Of a DNA stretch of 64,000 bases, positions 12,046-25,120 are shown one piece after another; position 1 is the stretch's first letter, and each line of letters opens with the position of its first letter. A program made the translations under genes and the position numbers. Source of the stretch: the human T2T-CHM13v2.0 reference genome, Homo sapiens; NCBI RefSeq assembly GCF_009914755.1, contig NC_060932.1, one strand, 5' to 3'. The notes below the pieces were generated by a model. The model worked only from the letters and a program-made list of their open reading frames with translations, was not told the origin of the DNA and did no database searches.

Positions 12046-12544
12046 GAAAGAGAGCGAGAGGGAGGGAGGGAGGGAAAAAATGAGCCAGCAGTTACATGGC
12101 TACAGGCAAGGAATTTACAGAAGAAAACTTAAGCTGGAGAGCCCTGGGACTTCGTGATCCTACAAATTATATTTAAACATCATAATTTTACGCTTCAGAT
12201 TAGGGCAATTTCATATTTTGGGGGCCTTGAGCAAACAAAATGGGACACTACGTTTAAAAAAGAAGTTTTAAGACAGAGACAACAGAAGGTTAAACCAGCT
12301 CAGAACACTTCTGAGAGCAGTGCCCTGCAATACCACACAGGTCCCATTCCCAAACATTGGCCTTGCCTCAGAGTCTTGTTTATTCAAGATGGCTTGGACA
12401 AATCAATTGGCTCCTAAAGGCTGATTTAGAGGGACAATTCAGCAATTCAGGAGGACAAAGAATCTAAAGCATTCCTGGCCTTCAAAAACCCCTTTGGATG
12501 ATCTCTTTTGCATTAAAAGGTAAATCAAAAAAGTTATATTCCTG

Positions 12545-13215
12545 AGGGGGACTTCAGGTTAAAAATGATCAATAGACTACAAACATCCCTCATTTCTCAC
12601 AAAACCCAGACAAAATGAAAGCAAAGGAACACAAGACAAATTGATCAAGAAAGGAATCAACAATATATCAGCAATTTCAGCTAAGATCTGGAAAAAGTGA
12701 AGGTGAGTAGAGGAGTCAGATACTATCTGACTCCGCAGATTAGAGAAAGTTACAACTTAACTGCATATAGACAGAAATACTACCAATAAGTGGGCCAGTT
12801 TGGCCTGTAAAATTCCTGGCTCAACATTTGCAAGCATCAGGAATGATAAAAGCCCTGGGTTTTTTAGTTCTATTCTAAATACAGGAAAACTGGAGGAAAG
12901 AGTGAATATAGTGTGGTAGAACCTTCAGGATCCCCCACCTTATGCTAAGGAAGACCAGAGGCTGATAACCGAACCAAAGAGGATCACTCTGGACTCCAGA
13001 CCATCAGGCAAAACTAGGGCTGGGTAAGATTATTTAAATAGAGAATTAACTGAAAGTCTAAATACTGACCTCTGGTACTCTAATAGACTATCTGGAAAAA
13101 GATCATAGAATATATTGGTTCCTTGAAACAGGAACAGCTTGCCACTAAAAAGAAAACACTCAGAGAAAAATACAGAGCTCTTCAAAATTAATATCTAGTC
13201 ATAATAAATAATTCA
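12545..13215 (+). mobile_element. Probable HAL1/old L1M 5' region (may resume at ~14285-14500)
   Basis: AACACTCAGAGAAAAATACAGAGCTCTTCAAAATTAA resembles HAL1/L1 ORF1; GATGTGGGATCCACAAAACAGGAGATCC at ~14297 resembles HAL1 3' sequence. Confidence 0.35.
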
Positions 13216-14284
13216 GGTCTTGGGGACCTGGGAATCGACCTGCCCCATTCACCACTGACAGTGCTTGCACATGCCCTCTGGGGACCTGAGGATAGATCCA
13301 CCCCAACCACTGCCACCACCGCCGCCATTAGCATTCACACATGTCACCTGGGGTCCTGGGGACTCACCCTACCACTGCTAGCACCCACACATGCCTTCCA
13401 GGAACTGCAGGACAGGCCTGTTCTGCCCATGGCTACCACCTGCATGTGCTGTCCTACAGCCTAGAGATAGGTCCACCATGCCTGCTGCCACTGGCACATG
13501 CACATGCCATCCAGGGGCACAAGAACATACCTACTCTGCCCAACACTGGCACCCACATGCATCTTCTGGGAGGCCCTGAAACTGATCTTTCCAGCCCACC
13601 ACCACCACCTGTGACTCAGACCCAAAGGTTGTCCTGCAGCCATTATTTCCACTGCCAACACTACACAGGCTGCCTGGGGGCCCAAGTACCTGCATGCCCA
13701 GCCTGCTGCTGGCACCCCACCATGCTGCCAGGAGGCCCAAGGGCTGGCCCATCCAGACCCACCACTGGCTCCCAAGTATGATGCCCAAGGACTCAAGGAC
13801 CAGAAGGCTGGCCCTCTACCAACACCATTGGTGCCCGAGGACCATCCATCTGGTGTCCTCTTCCCCAGAAAAGACTCACCATAGCCTCCATTTACAACTG
13901 CAGCCTAAGCCACTGAGAAACTTACAGACACCACTGAAACTGATTACAGTGAATAAATCATACAGAGATGATACTACTGTGCCCACCCAGAATCAAAGCC
14001 AAAGCATCCTACCCCACCAATAATATAGATACATCTACAGGAAAAAGTCCCTACAAAAACCAATCCATAAAACTGGAAGAAGTAACTTTTACACTAAATG
14101 CACAGATATGAATGTAGGACACAAGAATCATTAAAAAAAAGAAGAGATGATGACTCCAAAGGGATAAAATAATTCTCCAGTAACAGATCCCAAAGGAAAA
14201 AAAAATGAAATGCCTAAAAAATAATTCAAAATAATTATGTTAAAGAAACTCAATGAGATGCAGGAGTACACAGGTAAACACAAG
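13216..14284 (+). mobile_element. L1M (L1MA/L1M2-3 type) 5' UTR with degenerate tandem array plus ORF1 start
   Basis: C-rich 50-70 bp units followed by CCAGAATCAAAGCCAAAG, AATAATTCTCCAGTAACAGATCCCAAAG and AAAGAAACTCAATGAGAT (ORF1 N-terminus). Confidence 0.7.
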
Positions 14285-14510
14285 CAAGAAAAGAAAGATG
14301 TGGGATCCACAAAACAGGAGATCCCACATAAGTTGAAAGTGTAGAGAAATCTTAGGAAGATATCTCTGTAGCTAGCCTAAGAAGAAATAATCCAAATTCT
14401 ACTGCGAAACAAGGGGCTTAGGGAGAGCGGTCTTGAAAATTTTTTTTAATTGATGTTTTGAGCTTATAAGTAGGCCTGTAGTACAGATGTTCTGGCCTTC
14501 AGAAAAGAAG

Positions 14511-14635
14511 TGTGTATATACACACACACACACACACATATAAATACACACACATATATACAAATGCATATATATAGTATATATATGTATATACACACAT
14601 ATATACATATATGATACATTATATATCATATGTGT
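14511..14635. repeat. Compound (CA)n/(TA)n microsatellite
   Basis: CACACACACACACACACATATAAATACACACACATATATA... Confidence 0.9.
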
Positions 14636-15029
14636 ATCATACTGGGACCAAAGGAAAACCAAGGCAATGTGGGAAGATGATACAGGATTAGAGAGAGTCA
14701 GTGACCAGGGAAGAATAAAAGGTTATACATAAGAATAAAAGGTTATGCGTACGGAGATAAGTTTATTGCGCACTTCTGCTTTAGCAGCAAAACCATTCGC
14801 ATACTTACAATAGGAGAAAACACATGTTAGTATGATATGGGAAAGATAGATTGTGGAAGGGGATGAAAGATCTGAGTCCTCAACTATCAGAAAGTAATCT
14901 GTGGCACAAGAGATAATTATTTAAAATGTTTAATTATATTTGACCTCTATTACATCTATGCATTATTTTGATTAAAATTAAAATTGAGACATTAAGATAT
15001 GAAAAATAACACAAAAGTCATTCTAATAC

Positions 15030-15775
15030 TTGCAGCATGCTAACTTCTATAACAAACAATCTCTCAATTTTTGTTGTTTCAACACAGTGAAAGTTTATTT
15101 CTCACTCAAGTCACAGTCCCATGTAGTTTGGCTAGTGCTCTGCAATCTCCAGTTACTCAATGTATTAGTCTGTTCTCACGCTGCTAATAAAGACATACCC
15201 AAGACTAGATAATTTATAAAGAAAAAGAGGTTTAATGGACTCACAGTTCCACATGGCCAGGGAGGCCTTACAATCATGGCAGAAGGTGAAGAAGGAGCAA
15301 AGGCATGTCTTACATTGTGGCAGGCAAGAGAATGTGTGCAGGGAAATTGCCCCTTATAAAGCCATCAGATCTCATGAGACTTATTTACCATCATGAAAAC
15401 AGCATGGGAAAAACCCACCTCCATAATTCAATTACCTTCCACAGGGTCCCTCCACAACATGTGGGGATTATGGGAGCTACAATTCAAGATGAGATTTGGG
15501 TGGGGACACAGCCACACCCTATCACCTAGGAACCCAGGCTTGTCTCATCTCTTGGCTCCTTGATCTCTAAGACATGATTTCCAAGTTTGCTGCAAAATAG
15601 AAAGGGAGAAAAAAGGATCACTCAGGGAAATAATGACCAGAGTGGAAGTGGTTGACTTTACGTCTCAAATTCCATAGGTCAGAACACATTATATGATCCT
15701 AATCTACTTCAATGAGGCTGGGGTCTGCCATCTTGCTTTGTGCTCAGGTTTGGTGAGCATTTCCTACTGTCTTTT
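15030..15775 (-). mobile_element. Old MLT1 LTR interrupted by THE1
   Basis: TAACAAACAATCTCTCAATTT..AACACAGTGAAAGTTTATTTCTCACTCA before THE1; GGAACCCAGGCT..CTCAAATTCCATAGGTCAGAAC after it. Confidence 0.5.
15161..15524 (-). mobile_element. THE1 solo LTR (THE1C-like), MaLR
   Basis: TGTATTAGTCTGTTCTCACGCTGCTAATAAAGACATACCCAAGACT...GAGATTTGGGTGGGGACACAGCC..ATCA; 364 bp. Confidence 0.93.
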
Positions 15776-15800
15776 TACATAGGCATTAAAAAAAAAAAAA

Positions 15801-18197
15801 CTAATCAAAAAGCTTATCCACCATGATCAAGTTGGCTTCATCCTCAGGAATGGAAGGTTGATTCAACAAACACAAATCAATAAATGTGATTCATCACATA
15901 AACAGAACTAAAGACAAAAACCACATGATTATTTCAATAAATGCAGAAAAGGCCCTCAATAAAATTCAATATTCCTTCATGTTTAAAACTCTTAATAAAC
16001 TAGGTATTAAAGGAACATACCTCAAAATAATAAGAGCCATATACAACAAACACATAGCCAATATCAAACTGAATAGGCAAAATGTGGAAGCATGCCCCTT
16101 AAAAACTGGCACAAGATAAGGATGCCCTCTCTCATCACTCCTATTCAACATAGTCTTGGAAGTCCTGGCCAGGGCAATCAAGCAAGAGGAAAAAATAAAG
16201 ATATTCAAATAGGAAAAGAGGAAGTCAAATTATCTTTGTTTGCAGATGACATGATTCAATATCTAGAAACTCTCATCTTCTCAATCCAAAAGTTTATTAA
16301 GCTAATAAGCAACTTCAGCAAAGTCTCAGGATATAAAATCCATGTGCAAAAATCACTAGCGTTCCTATACACCAACAATAGGCAACCAGAGAGCCAAATC
16401 ATGAATGAACTCCCATTCAAAACTGCTACAAAAAGAATAAAATACCCCTAGGAATACAGCTAACAAGGGAAGTTGAGAACCTCTTCAAGGAGAACTACGA
16501 ACCACTGCTCAGAGAAATCAGAGAGCATACAAACAACTGGAGAAACATTCCATGGTCATGGATAGGAAGAATCAATATTGTGAAAATGGCCATACTGCCC
16601 AAATTAATGTATAGATTCAATGCTATTCTCATTAAACTACCATTGAAATTCTTCACAGAATTAGAAAAAAACTATTTTAAAATTCATATGGAACCAAAAA
16701 AGAGCCTAAATAGCCAAGTCAATCTTAAGCAAGAAGAACAAAGCTGGAGGCATCAGGCTACCCCAATTCAAATAATACTACAAGTCTATGGTAATCAAAC
16801 CAGCATGGTACTTGCACAAAAACAGACACATAGACCAATGCAACAGAATAGAGAGTTCAGAAATAAGGCCACACACCTACAGCCATCTGATCTTCAATAA
16901 ACCTGACAAAAACAAGCAATGGGGAAAGGATTCCCTATTTAATGAATGGTGCTGGGAGAACTGGCTAGCCATATGCAGAAAATTAAAACTGGAACATTTC
17001 CTTACACCATATACAAAAATTAATTCAAGAAGGATTAAAGACTTAAATGTAAAACCCAAAACTATAAAAACCCTAAAATAAAATCTAGGCAATGCTATTC
17101 AGGACATAGGCATGGGCAAAGATCTCATTACAAAAACACCAAAAGCAATTGCAACAAAAGCAAAAATTAACAAATGGGATCTAATTAAACTAAAGAACTT
17201 CTGCACAGCAAAAGAAATGATTATCAGAGTGAACAGACAACAACCTACAGAATACAAGAAAAATTTTGCAATCTATTTATCTGACAAAGGTCTAATATCC
17301 AGAATCTACAAGGAACTTAAACAAATTTACAAGAAAAAATACAACCCTATTAAAAAGTGGGCAAAGGACATGAACAGACACTTCTCAAAAGCAGACATAC
17401 TTGCAGCCAACAAACATATGAAAGAAAGCTCAACATTACTCATCATTAGATAAATGCAAATCAAAACCACAAAAAGATACCATCTCATGCCAATCAGAAT
17501 GGCTATTATTAAAAAGTTAAAAAAAAAAAAACAGATGCTGGCAAGGTTGTGGAGAAAAAGGAAGGCTTTTACAATGTTGATGGGAATGTAAATTAGTTCA
17601 ACCATTGTGGAAGACAGTGTGGTGATTCCTCAAAGACCTAGAGGCAGAAATACCATTTGACCAGGCAATCCCATTACTGGGTATATACCCAAAGGAATAT
17701 AAATCATTCTATTATAAAGATACATGCACGTGTATGTTCATTGCAGCACTATTTACAAGCAAAGTCATGGAATCAACCTAAATGCCCATCAATGATAGAT
17801 TGGATAAAGGAAATGTGGTACATATACACCATGGAAAACTATGCAGCAGTAAAATGGAACAAGATCATGTCCTTTGCAGGGACAGGGATGGAATTGGAAA
17901 CCATTATATTCAGCAAACTAACGCAGGGACAGAAAACCAAACACCCACATGTTTGATCAATGAGAACACATGGACACATGGTGGGGAACAACACACACTG
18001 GGAACCTGTGAGGGGCTGGTGGGGAGGAAGAGCATCAGCAAAAATAGCTAATGGATGTTGGGCTTAATACCTGGGTAATGGGATGATCTGTGCAGTAAAC
18101 CACCATGGCACACATTTACCTGTGTAACAAACCTGCACATCCTGCACATGTACCCCTGAAATTAAAAGTTGAAAAAATTAAAAATAAATAAACTAAA
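15801..18197 (+). mobile_element. 5'-truncated L1PA (L1PA10-like), RT to 3' UTR, disrupted
   Basis: ORF fragments [32 protein letters not shown] (RT catalytic motif) and [15 protein letters not shown], broken by stops/frameshifts; 3' UTR GAGCATCAG..AATAGCTAATGGATG..GGGATGATCTGTGCAG; A tail. Confidence 0.95.
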
Positions 18198-18221
18198 ATT
18201 ATGTCAAGCAATGCTCTAAGG

Positions 18222-18395
18222 CAGGGTTTATGAACCATGAGTTGATTTTGCCCTCCAGGGACATTTGGCCATATCTAGTCACAATTTTGATTGTCACAAC
18301 TTGGAAGATACTACTGACATCTAACAGGTACCCTCTTCTACAACAAAAAATCACTTGGCACAAAATATCAAAAATGCCAAGGCTGAGAGACCCTG
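18222..18395. mobile_element. MER20 hAT-Charlie element
   Basis: GATTTTGCCCTCCAGGGACATTTGGC..ATTTTGATTGTCACAACT...AATGCCAAGGCTGAGAGACCCTG. Confidence 0.8.
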
Positions 18396-18454
18396 CCCTA
18401 AATCCCCTATTCTCTGAGATTTCTGACACAAAGAGAATAGAGTATAACAAGTTC

Positions 18455-18610
18455 TAATCTAACAGTCAGAAGTTCTTGGTTCTCATTTCAGCTCTTCTGT
18501 GTGGCTTTGTCCAGGTCATCAATGCTATCCGAAACTCAGTTTCCTCCTTAATAATATAGGGATAGTAAAAGTTATCCAGTTTTCCTAATGATTCCTGGAA
18601 GGGTCAGCTG
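18455..18610 (+). mobile_element. MIR SINE fragment
   Basis: AGTCAGAAG..TTGGTTCTCATTTCAGCTCT..CTCAGTTTCCTCCTTAATAATATAGGGATAG. Confidence 0.5.
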
Positions 18611-18742
18611 AAGGCTATTTAAAAGGTCAAGAGTTCATTAATGCTATAGTTTTAGAAGTCACACTTCAAAAGAAAAATATGCCTTTGATGAAATGGTTAT
18701 CAACAATTATTATTCAGTGTTGTTACTAAAGAATAGATTTCT

Positions 18743-19044
<302 letters not shown>

Positions 19045-19911
19045 TCAATGGTAAATAAACAGAGAGAAAATTAGTTCCAGCTAATGTACAACATGATTAC
19101 TATACCCAGATTTTTGGGGGCAGGCTCATGACTTATGGCAATCCTATGTGTCACTCATATGTTCTTAAAATTACAATAATTCAATTTACAAGCTAAATCT
19201 CCAATGGCCTTTTTATCAGACATGCCCTAGAAGTCTTTGGTCACACCCTGAGTCTCAACTTTTAGTTCAAATCAGGAATGATCATAGATACAAGTAAAAT
19301 ATGCCTGCCCTCAATTTTTATTCTACCCTGGTCTCAACTGGAGTAACTGGCCCAGAGTTAGTGTTTAATATGTGTTGGCTGGCAAGCTGAAAGAATATAG
19401 AAAGAAACACACACACATGCTACCATTTATCTCAGCCAGGCTGTGGTATCGCTGAGAGTAACCCATGTCCTCTTTGTGTATTTTCAAAGAATAGCACATA
19501 AATATTACTAAAATAAAATATGCTGGATTAACATTAAAATTACTAAAAATTAATTTATTGAGTAAAATTTATGCTAAGCATAGTTTATGATAAATATAGG
19601 AAGGTTATTTGTGAGAGAATTTTATGAGAAACATGGAAGTTGCAGACTTCCTCCAGGCTAAGAAACATGTTAGACAATTATTTAAACACTTCAAGCACTA
19701 AAGATGACAATGCATAGGCAAATACAAAATTTATCGCCATCAAGTCTTTGTTCAAAGGGGGTAAATACCACTGTGGCTCTCATAAAGGGATTTAATCAGA
19801 GCTGTCTGTGGTCATCCAGAAAGTTCCATGGAAGAGGTGGAACTTGACCTAGGACTTACGAGATTTGGAGAGGCCGTAGACAGGAGGGGGACTTAGCCAA
19901 GCAAGGTCTGA

Positions 19912-20357
<446 letters not shown>

Positions 20358-20369
20358 TCATTCTATTTT

Positions 20370-21400
20370 TTAATAAAATCTTTCAAACACAGAGAAAAAG
20401 CTTAAAGAAAAATAATAAACTCTTATATTCTTACAGATAGAGAACACTTTAACATTTTCCTATACTTGCTTCAGAATGGTAGTATGTTTAAGAACTAAAA
20501 CATTATCAATACATTTGAAACCATGTCTCTCCCAACACCAGCCAATAATCCTTTCTACTTTTCCCAGTTAGTGTCTTGTGAAGTTAGTGTCCACCTTGAA
20601 GTCTGTGTTTGTATACTTTTACAATATTTGTGAGTATTCATTTAAAAATAAATAGAACTGTTGAGTTGAAAAAATAATTAATGGGATAATAATGATTTGT
20701 CCTTCTACAATTTGTATTGTTTCCTCAACGTTATGTTTCCCAGATTTTCCATATTGATATATATCTTTCCAATTCAACCATTTTTAGAGCTTTGTGGTAT
20801 TTATGCCACAAATACACTAAAATTGCTTTATTCTTTCTCCTAATAATGAGCATTAAGGCTGTTTCTAAGTTTTGTTAGTTAGCCTGTTTGCTTCACTTTA
20901 AAAAGTAATGTGAAGTACGAGAAAAATTCTCGTATATGTGTGACAAATACGTGTGGCAAATTCTTGGAAATATAATTGATGAATTGTAAAATATGCATAT
21001 TCTGAAACTTAGCAGATATTGAGAAACGACTCTCCAAAATGGTGGAACCAAATAGCATCCCCACCAGTGAGTATGAAGTGTTTATGTTGCTTCATGTTTT
21101 TGCCAATGCTAATATTATTGGATGCTTTCATTTTGCCTGTGGAATGGATTCAAATATCATTTTTTCCTACCAAGATTAAAGATTGCTTATGTATGTGTTG
21201 GCCATTCCAGTTTCCTCCTCTGTGAACCAATGGACCACATCCTCCTTTTTTTACTGGCTTTTCCTTTCTTGTAGTTCTCGATATTGGACATAAATCTTTT
21301 ATTATTTGCATGGTAAATAATTTTACAGAATTTGTGGCCTGCCTTTTTACTTTTTTAAAGTACCCTTTATTTACGTAGAATGTTTTAACTTTATTTTACA
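20370..21400 (-). mobile_element. Ancient L1ME 3' region
   Basis: CTCAACGTTATGTTTCCCAGATTTTCCATATTG, TCTCCAAAATGGTGGAACCAA..TCCCACCAGTGAGTATGA, GTGTTGGCCATTC antisense L1 motifs. Confidence 0.6.
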
Positions 21401-21521
21401 GTAACTTTTACACAGGCAAAATGAATCTAGTACAAAATGAAACAGTTGCTAGAGAAGAGGGTGGAAGGAGAGGGGAACTAGCAATCTTTGAGTAGCTGCC
21501 TTATGGCAGACACTTTACAAG

Positions 21522-22326
21522 CTGTCTCTGTCAAGTTCCCTAGAAGCAGAACCTGAGATGGGAATTCCAACTGATGTGGAAAGTGCTATCAGAAAATGTC
21601 AAGGGGAAAAGTCAGGCAAAGAGGTGTGTTCAGGGGAGGTATCACCTCAGCCTGACCTGATGGGAAGCTTTGAAGTAGGAATGACATCACAGAGTCGTCC
21701 CACCTAAAAGCAAGAGACTTGGCATTGTAGTAGTCCATTTTTGTGCTGCTGATAAAGACATACCCAAGACTGGGTAATTTATAAAGAAAAGAAAAAGAGG
21801 TTTAATGGACTCACAGTACCACGTGGCTGGCGAGGCCTCACAATCATGGTGGAAGGCAAAAGGCACATCTTACATGGCAGCAGGCAAGAGAGAATGAGAG
21901 CAAAGCAAAAAGGGAAACTCTTTATAAAATCATCGGATTTCATGAGCCTTATTCACTACCACGAGAACAGTATGGGGGAAACTGCCCCCGTGAGTCAATT
22001 ATCTCCCACAGAGTCCCTCCCACAACACCTGGGAATTATGGGAGCTACAATTCAGGATGAGATTTGGGTGGGGACACAGCCAAACCATATCAGGCATTTT
22101 GAACCCCCAAATCAGTTAGTTATTAGTTACAAGCTCCTGTAAACCTCCAAACCCAGGAAGAGTGAATTACATTTCGGAAATTTCCAGACAAGGTGGTTCA
22201 CCTTAACAGAGTGCAGAGGTGTGTTCCTGTGAGCTGCTAGCAACCAGAAGTTATAAGAATTGCAGATGGGCACCTGCCCCTCCCCTAAAGGGGAGTTGGG
22301 CAGGGCACCAAGCAGCATCTATTACA
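21522..22326 (-). mobile_element. ERVL LTR16-like solo LTR interrupted by THE1
   Basis: GTTCCCTAGAAGCAGAACCTGAGATGGGAATTC start; CTCAGCCTGACCTGATGGGAAGCT; GGGCAGGGCACCAAGCAGCATCTATTACA end. Confidence 0.6.
21726..22092 (-). mobile_element. THE1 solo LTR (THE1B-like) with perfect 5-bp TSD
   Basis: TGTAGTAGTCC..GCTGATAAAGACATACCCAAGACTGGG...GGGACACAGCCAAACCATATCA; GGCAT at 21721-21725 and 22093-22097. Confidence 0.95.
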
Positions 22327-22344
22327 TAGGAGTTAAATTGGTTA

Positions 22345-22505
22345 ATCTGACTACACCCTTAGAGCATAGGTAATATCATCTCTATTTATATGTAAGCAAA
22401 GGAAGATTCAGACATGCTGATAGACTTACTCAAAGACCACAGCTAATTATCAGAGAAACCCAAAATTCAAACCTAGCTTTTTCTGACTCCACAACTTGTG
22501 TTCTA
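22345..22505 (-). mobile_element. MIR SINE fragment
   Basis: GACTTACTCAAAGACCACAGCTAATTA..AATTCAAACCTAG..TCTGACTCCA. Confidence 0.55.
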
Positions 22506-24174
22506 TATAATTTGTCATGGCAGCTTCTCTATGAAAGTTCCTGCTTGGCACCTTCACCAGTTAATAACAGATTAAGCCAGGGAAGCTTCCTATCTGCCCA
22601 GTGGTGGCTGTGGTTGCCTTCATTTGTTACCAAGAGAGGACAGAGTGAACAGATTGCCTGAGCCAGGTGGGTGGAAAGTGCTCCCTCAGGCACACCTTAT
22701 TTGAGCACCTCATTAGCACCATAGAGAACATTCTTCTGGAAAATGGCAAAAAAATGCATATATATATCACCTCCCTGCACACAGTTGAGGTACCTAAAGG
22801 AATCCAGGATCACTTTAGGAAACTACATTGTGGAAAAGATAAATCAGTTTCGTGTCTTGATGTTAGAGAAAACTTCTCATTTCATATGTGACTCTTTTTC
22901 TAGTATCAGAAAAAGATGGCTGTGGAGAAATGGCACTAGCCCTCCTTATAAATTAAAGGTCAATAGACCTGAGGTTTTAACCCTGTCACCTTGCTGCAAA
23001 TCGAAATTGTCACGGAACTTTGAGCACGTATCATTACAGGGAAGGTCTGTACGGTTCAGTGAGAAGCTGTTCATCTTTGTGCTTAATGTTATGAAGTTTC
23101 AAAGATGCCTCCCCATCCATCCCACTACTAATTCCACTCTCTGCTCTGCCAGGCTCTGTGCTAGGTACCTTCACATATGTTATCTCATTTAATAGAGCAA
23201 GTGATCTAGGAGCCTTTCGTGTTGTCAGCTGCTTTCCTCCAAGACAATTTGCTCACGAGCCAGCCTTCCATTTATGAAAGCAGTAGACAAAAGCCTTGCC
23301 AGATGGCTTGGGGATCTGAAAGAATAGGAGATGTTTTTACACAATATGTTCTGTTGGGTTACTGATGACAGAGGCTCTAGAGCAAAGTGACTGAGATGGG
23401 AGTACTTGCAGGGTTGCAGTGAGTTCCATTTGTTCCCTGCAAACAATGTCCCTCAAACAGTGAGGACGATGAGACTCTGAATTAACCCTCCTTTTCTAAA
23501 TGACACTCTGTTCTCCGCATAGCACAGAAGGATGATGTTGAGGCTGTGTAGTATTTGTAAACAGCTGTTCCATTGTAAGCCTACATGCTGCAGTGATCAG
23601 TATTCAGAGCTCCAATAAAGCACTACAAAGTTAAGTGGTAGTAAAACTAAAGCAGAGCAGCGGAATGGAAAGGAATCACAAACCAGACACAATTATACTC
23701 ATTTTTATATCCGTACCTTAAATTTTAATGTCTCGTACTGGCCCCTAAATAAATGAATTATACAAGGTTCACAACCACTGAAATGAATTTTGGCTTTCTC
23801 CAAAATTCTCTAATTTCACAGAGATGGTGCAATGGACAAGAGCAGAAAAGAATGAACTTAAAAAACATATCTGTAGCTATTGCATGGAAGAAACCCAAAG
23901 GTAATGCATGTATAGCAGATCTGTAAAAATCCAGGCTGATAAGGAAGATGTTGAATAAAATTTAACACATCAGTTTTTATCAACAACTTCATTTTTATTT
24001 CTGACACCTCCAGGAACATCTCTTCTTATGGAAATTTCCATCACTGAGTCCTCCTGTTATTAACTTGGGGACCATATATATTACATAACTCTTTATAACT
24101 GGTATTGTTTCAGTCAGCCCAAGCCACTTCATCTCCTCAATCAGTCTGTACCTGGTGTCACAAAGGAAATACAT

Positions 24175-24762
24175 TCTTTTTTGTACAAATTTAAGGAGTA
24201 CAAGTGTAATTTTGTTGCATGCATATATTGTGTAGTGGTGAAGTCTTGGCTTTTAGTGTACCAATTACCTGCACAATGTACATTGTACCCATTAACCAAT
24301 TTCTCATCACCCTTCCCCTGCCTGTCCTCCCCAACCCTTCTGAATCTCCAGTGTCTACCATTCCACACTCTACGTCCATGTGCACACATTATTTATCTTC
24401 CACTTGTAAGTGAGAACATCCAGTATTTGACATTCCATTTCTGAGTTGCTTCACTTAAGATAATGACCTCCAGCTCCATTCATGTTGCTACAAAAGACAA
24501 GATTTCATCGTTTTTATGGCTGAATGGGATTCCATTGTGTATATATACCACATTCTCTTTAATCATCCCTTGATGGACAGTTAGGTTGATTCCATATCTT
24601 TGCTATTGTGAATAGTGCTGCCATAAACATACACGTGCAGGTACCTTTTCAATGATATGATTTCTTTCCTTGTAGATTCTCAGTAGTAGGATTACTGAAT
24701 CTAATGGTAGATCTCTTTTCAGTTCTTTGAGAAGTCTCTATACTGCTTTCCACAGAGGTTGT
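24175..24762 (-). mobile_element. L1MA (L1MA2/3-like) 3' end
   Basis: GTACAAGTGTAATTTTGTTGCATGC..GTAGTGGTGAAGTC; CCACTTGTAAGTGAGAACAT; TCACTTAAGATAATGACCTCCAG. Confidence 0.9.
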
Positions 24763-24799
24763 TTGTTCATTTATTCCTTTACTCCTTCATCCCTGGCTG

Positions 24800-25120
24800 A
24801 GCATGTGAACTCCCTGCCCTCCACTAACATCAAGTTATTCAACCTCTCTGTGCTTCAATTTCTTCAACTCTAAAAAGTAGTCACAGTCCTGTGAATTCTC
24901 TACTCATAAGATTATTGTGAGGGTTAAATATGATTATCTCTGTAAATCCATGTGCACAATGTCTGCTATATAATGACAATATAATGTGAGCCATCATTGC
25001 TATTCATTCCTTCAATAAATATTTTTTGAGCATCTACCACGCATCAGGTACTACCCAGGTTGTAGAGTCATAAGGGTGCCCAGGACAGGCCGCATCTCTG
25101 ATCTCAGAGCATTTACATTG
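24800..25120. mobile_element. MIR (+, ~24800-24995) followed by L2 tail (-, ~25000-25120)
   Basis: CAAGTTATTCAACCTCTCTGTGCTTCAATTTCTTC..ATTGTGAGGGTTAAAT; then ATTCATTCCTTCAATAAATATTTTTTGAGCATCTAC. Confidence 0.6.

Noticed and set aside
13261-14023. Stack of overlapping ORFs up to 146 aa; CRISPR-like periodicity
   Set aside because: GC-rich degenerate L1 5' UTR repeats are naturally stop-poor. The units are not identical repeats with unique spacers, and the DNA is primate.
15886-17956. Reverse-transcriptase-like ORFs as a functional gene or novel RT system
   Set aside because: Fragments of a 5'-truncated L1PA ORF2 with many stops and frameshifts.
23614-23619. AATAAA in unique sequence as a transcript 3' end
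   Set aside because: No clear GU/U-rich downstream element, and the hexamer is frequent in AT-rich DNA.
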